In this document: positions 63,299 through 64,000 of the stretch, in pieces
Position numbering within the stretch: position 1 is the stretch's first letter
Layout: each line of letters begins with the position of its first letter
Assembly (NCBI RefSeq): GCF_006345805.1
Contig: NC_043017.1
Coordinates: 22,630,001-22,694,000 of the forward strand
Length of the DNA: 64,000 bases
Reading direction: 5' to 3'
Source: Octopus sinensis
Taxonomy: Eukaryota
Notes under the pieces: generated by a model
Seen by the model: the letters and a program-made list of their open reading frames with translations, nothing else
The model's database searches: none
Told to the model about the DNA's origin: nothing
Made by a program: the position numbers and the translations under genes

Positions 63299-63523
63299 GA
63301 GCTGGCAGAAACGTTAGCATGCCGGGTGAAATACGTTGCCGTATTTTGTCTGCCGTTACGTTCTGAGTTCAAATTCCGCCGAGGTCGACTTTGCCTTTCA
63401 TCCTTTTGGGGTCAATAAATTAAGTACCACTTACGCACTGGGGTTGATTTAATCGACTTAATCCGTTTGTCTGTCCTTGTTTGTCCTCTCTGTGTTTAGC
63501 CCCTTGTGGGTAGTAAAGAAATA
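63299..63523 (+). mobile_element. SINE family B (B1) with 16-bp TSD
   Basis: atagatatatgagaga at 63283-63298 and 63521-63536. Confidence 0.9.
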
Positions 63524-63592
63524 GATATATGAGAGAAAGAGAGTTGTGAGAGAGAGAGAGTGGGAGACATGCATACAGAACACAAATGACTG

Positions 63593-63631
<39 letters not shown>

Positions 63632-64000
63632 AGTGTATATGTTTGACTGTGAGTGTGGATGTGTGAGAGACAAAAAGACATGCAAAACACATGCAGAACA
63701 CATGCACAATATGTGTTTGTATGTATATGTGTGTATAAGAGAGAGAGAGACTGACAGACAGACAGAGACAGGGACAGAGACATTCAAGGCACACACGTGC
63801 ACAATCCTCATTATTGACTATTCGTCTTTGTATATATTAACCTATTTATCATTTCTCAAAAGACTGTGTCTATTGTGGCTGACATCTCCATCAATGCACA
63901 CCAACAAACAAACTTCATTTTCTGTCTAAATTCGCAACAGCCTCGCACAAGGCATCAAAAGCTATAATCCTGTAATGGCAATTTAGCGCTCAATGATAGA

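Overview
This is AT-rich, microsatellite-saturated animal genomic DNA with no recognisable host protein-coding exon. Most six-frame ORFs are read-throughs of (TA)n/(CA)n/(CATA)n tracts or SINEs. The repeat families match what I recall from octopus (coleoid cephalopod) assemblies; that assignment is an inference from recall, not a search. Content: many copies of four SINE-like families (A-D), hAT, piggyBac and mariner MITEs with TSDs, two CR1-type LINE 3' ends, relics of a Gypsy integrase and a CRE-like RT, a Helentron-type non-autonomous element, and several long inverted repeats. Main result: ten copies of about six families of short non-coding modules, mostly embedded in (TA)n tracts, fold into minimal type I hammerhead ribozymes (stem I - CUGAnGA core - stem II - GAAA - short or palindromic stem III - NUH - stem I). 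This is the form known from Penelope-like elements. Cores include canonical CUGAUGA/CUGAAGA and the variants CUGUAGA, CCGAUGA and a compensatory G3:C8 swap (GUGAACA). Two families occur as head-to-head fold-backs, and one motif caps a 140-bp-arm hairpin. Second result: SINE B shows the same tail-to-internal junction at three independent loci, suggestive of a circular or template-jump RNA intermediate. All folds and alignments were done by eye.
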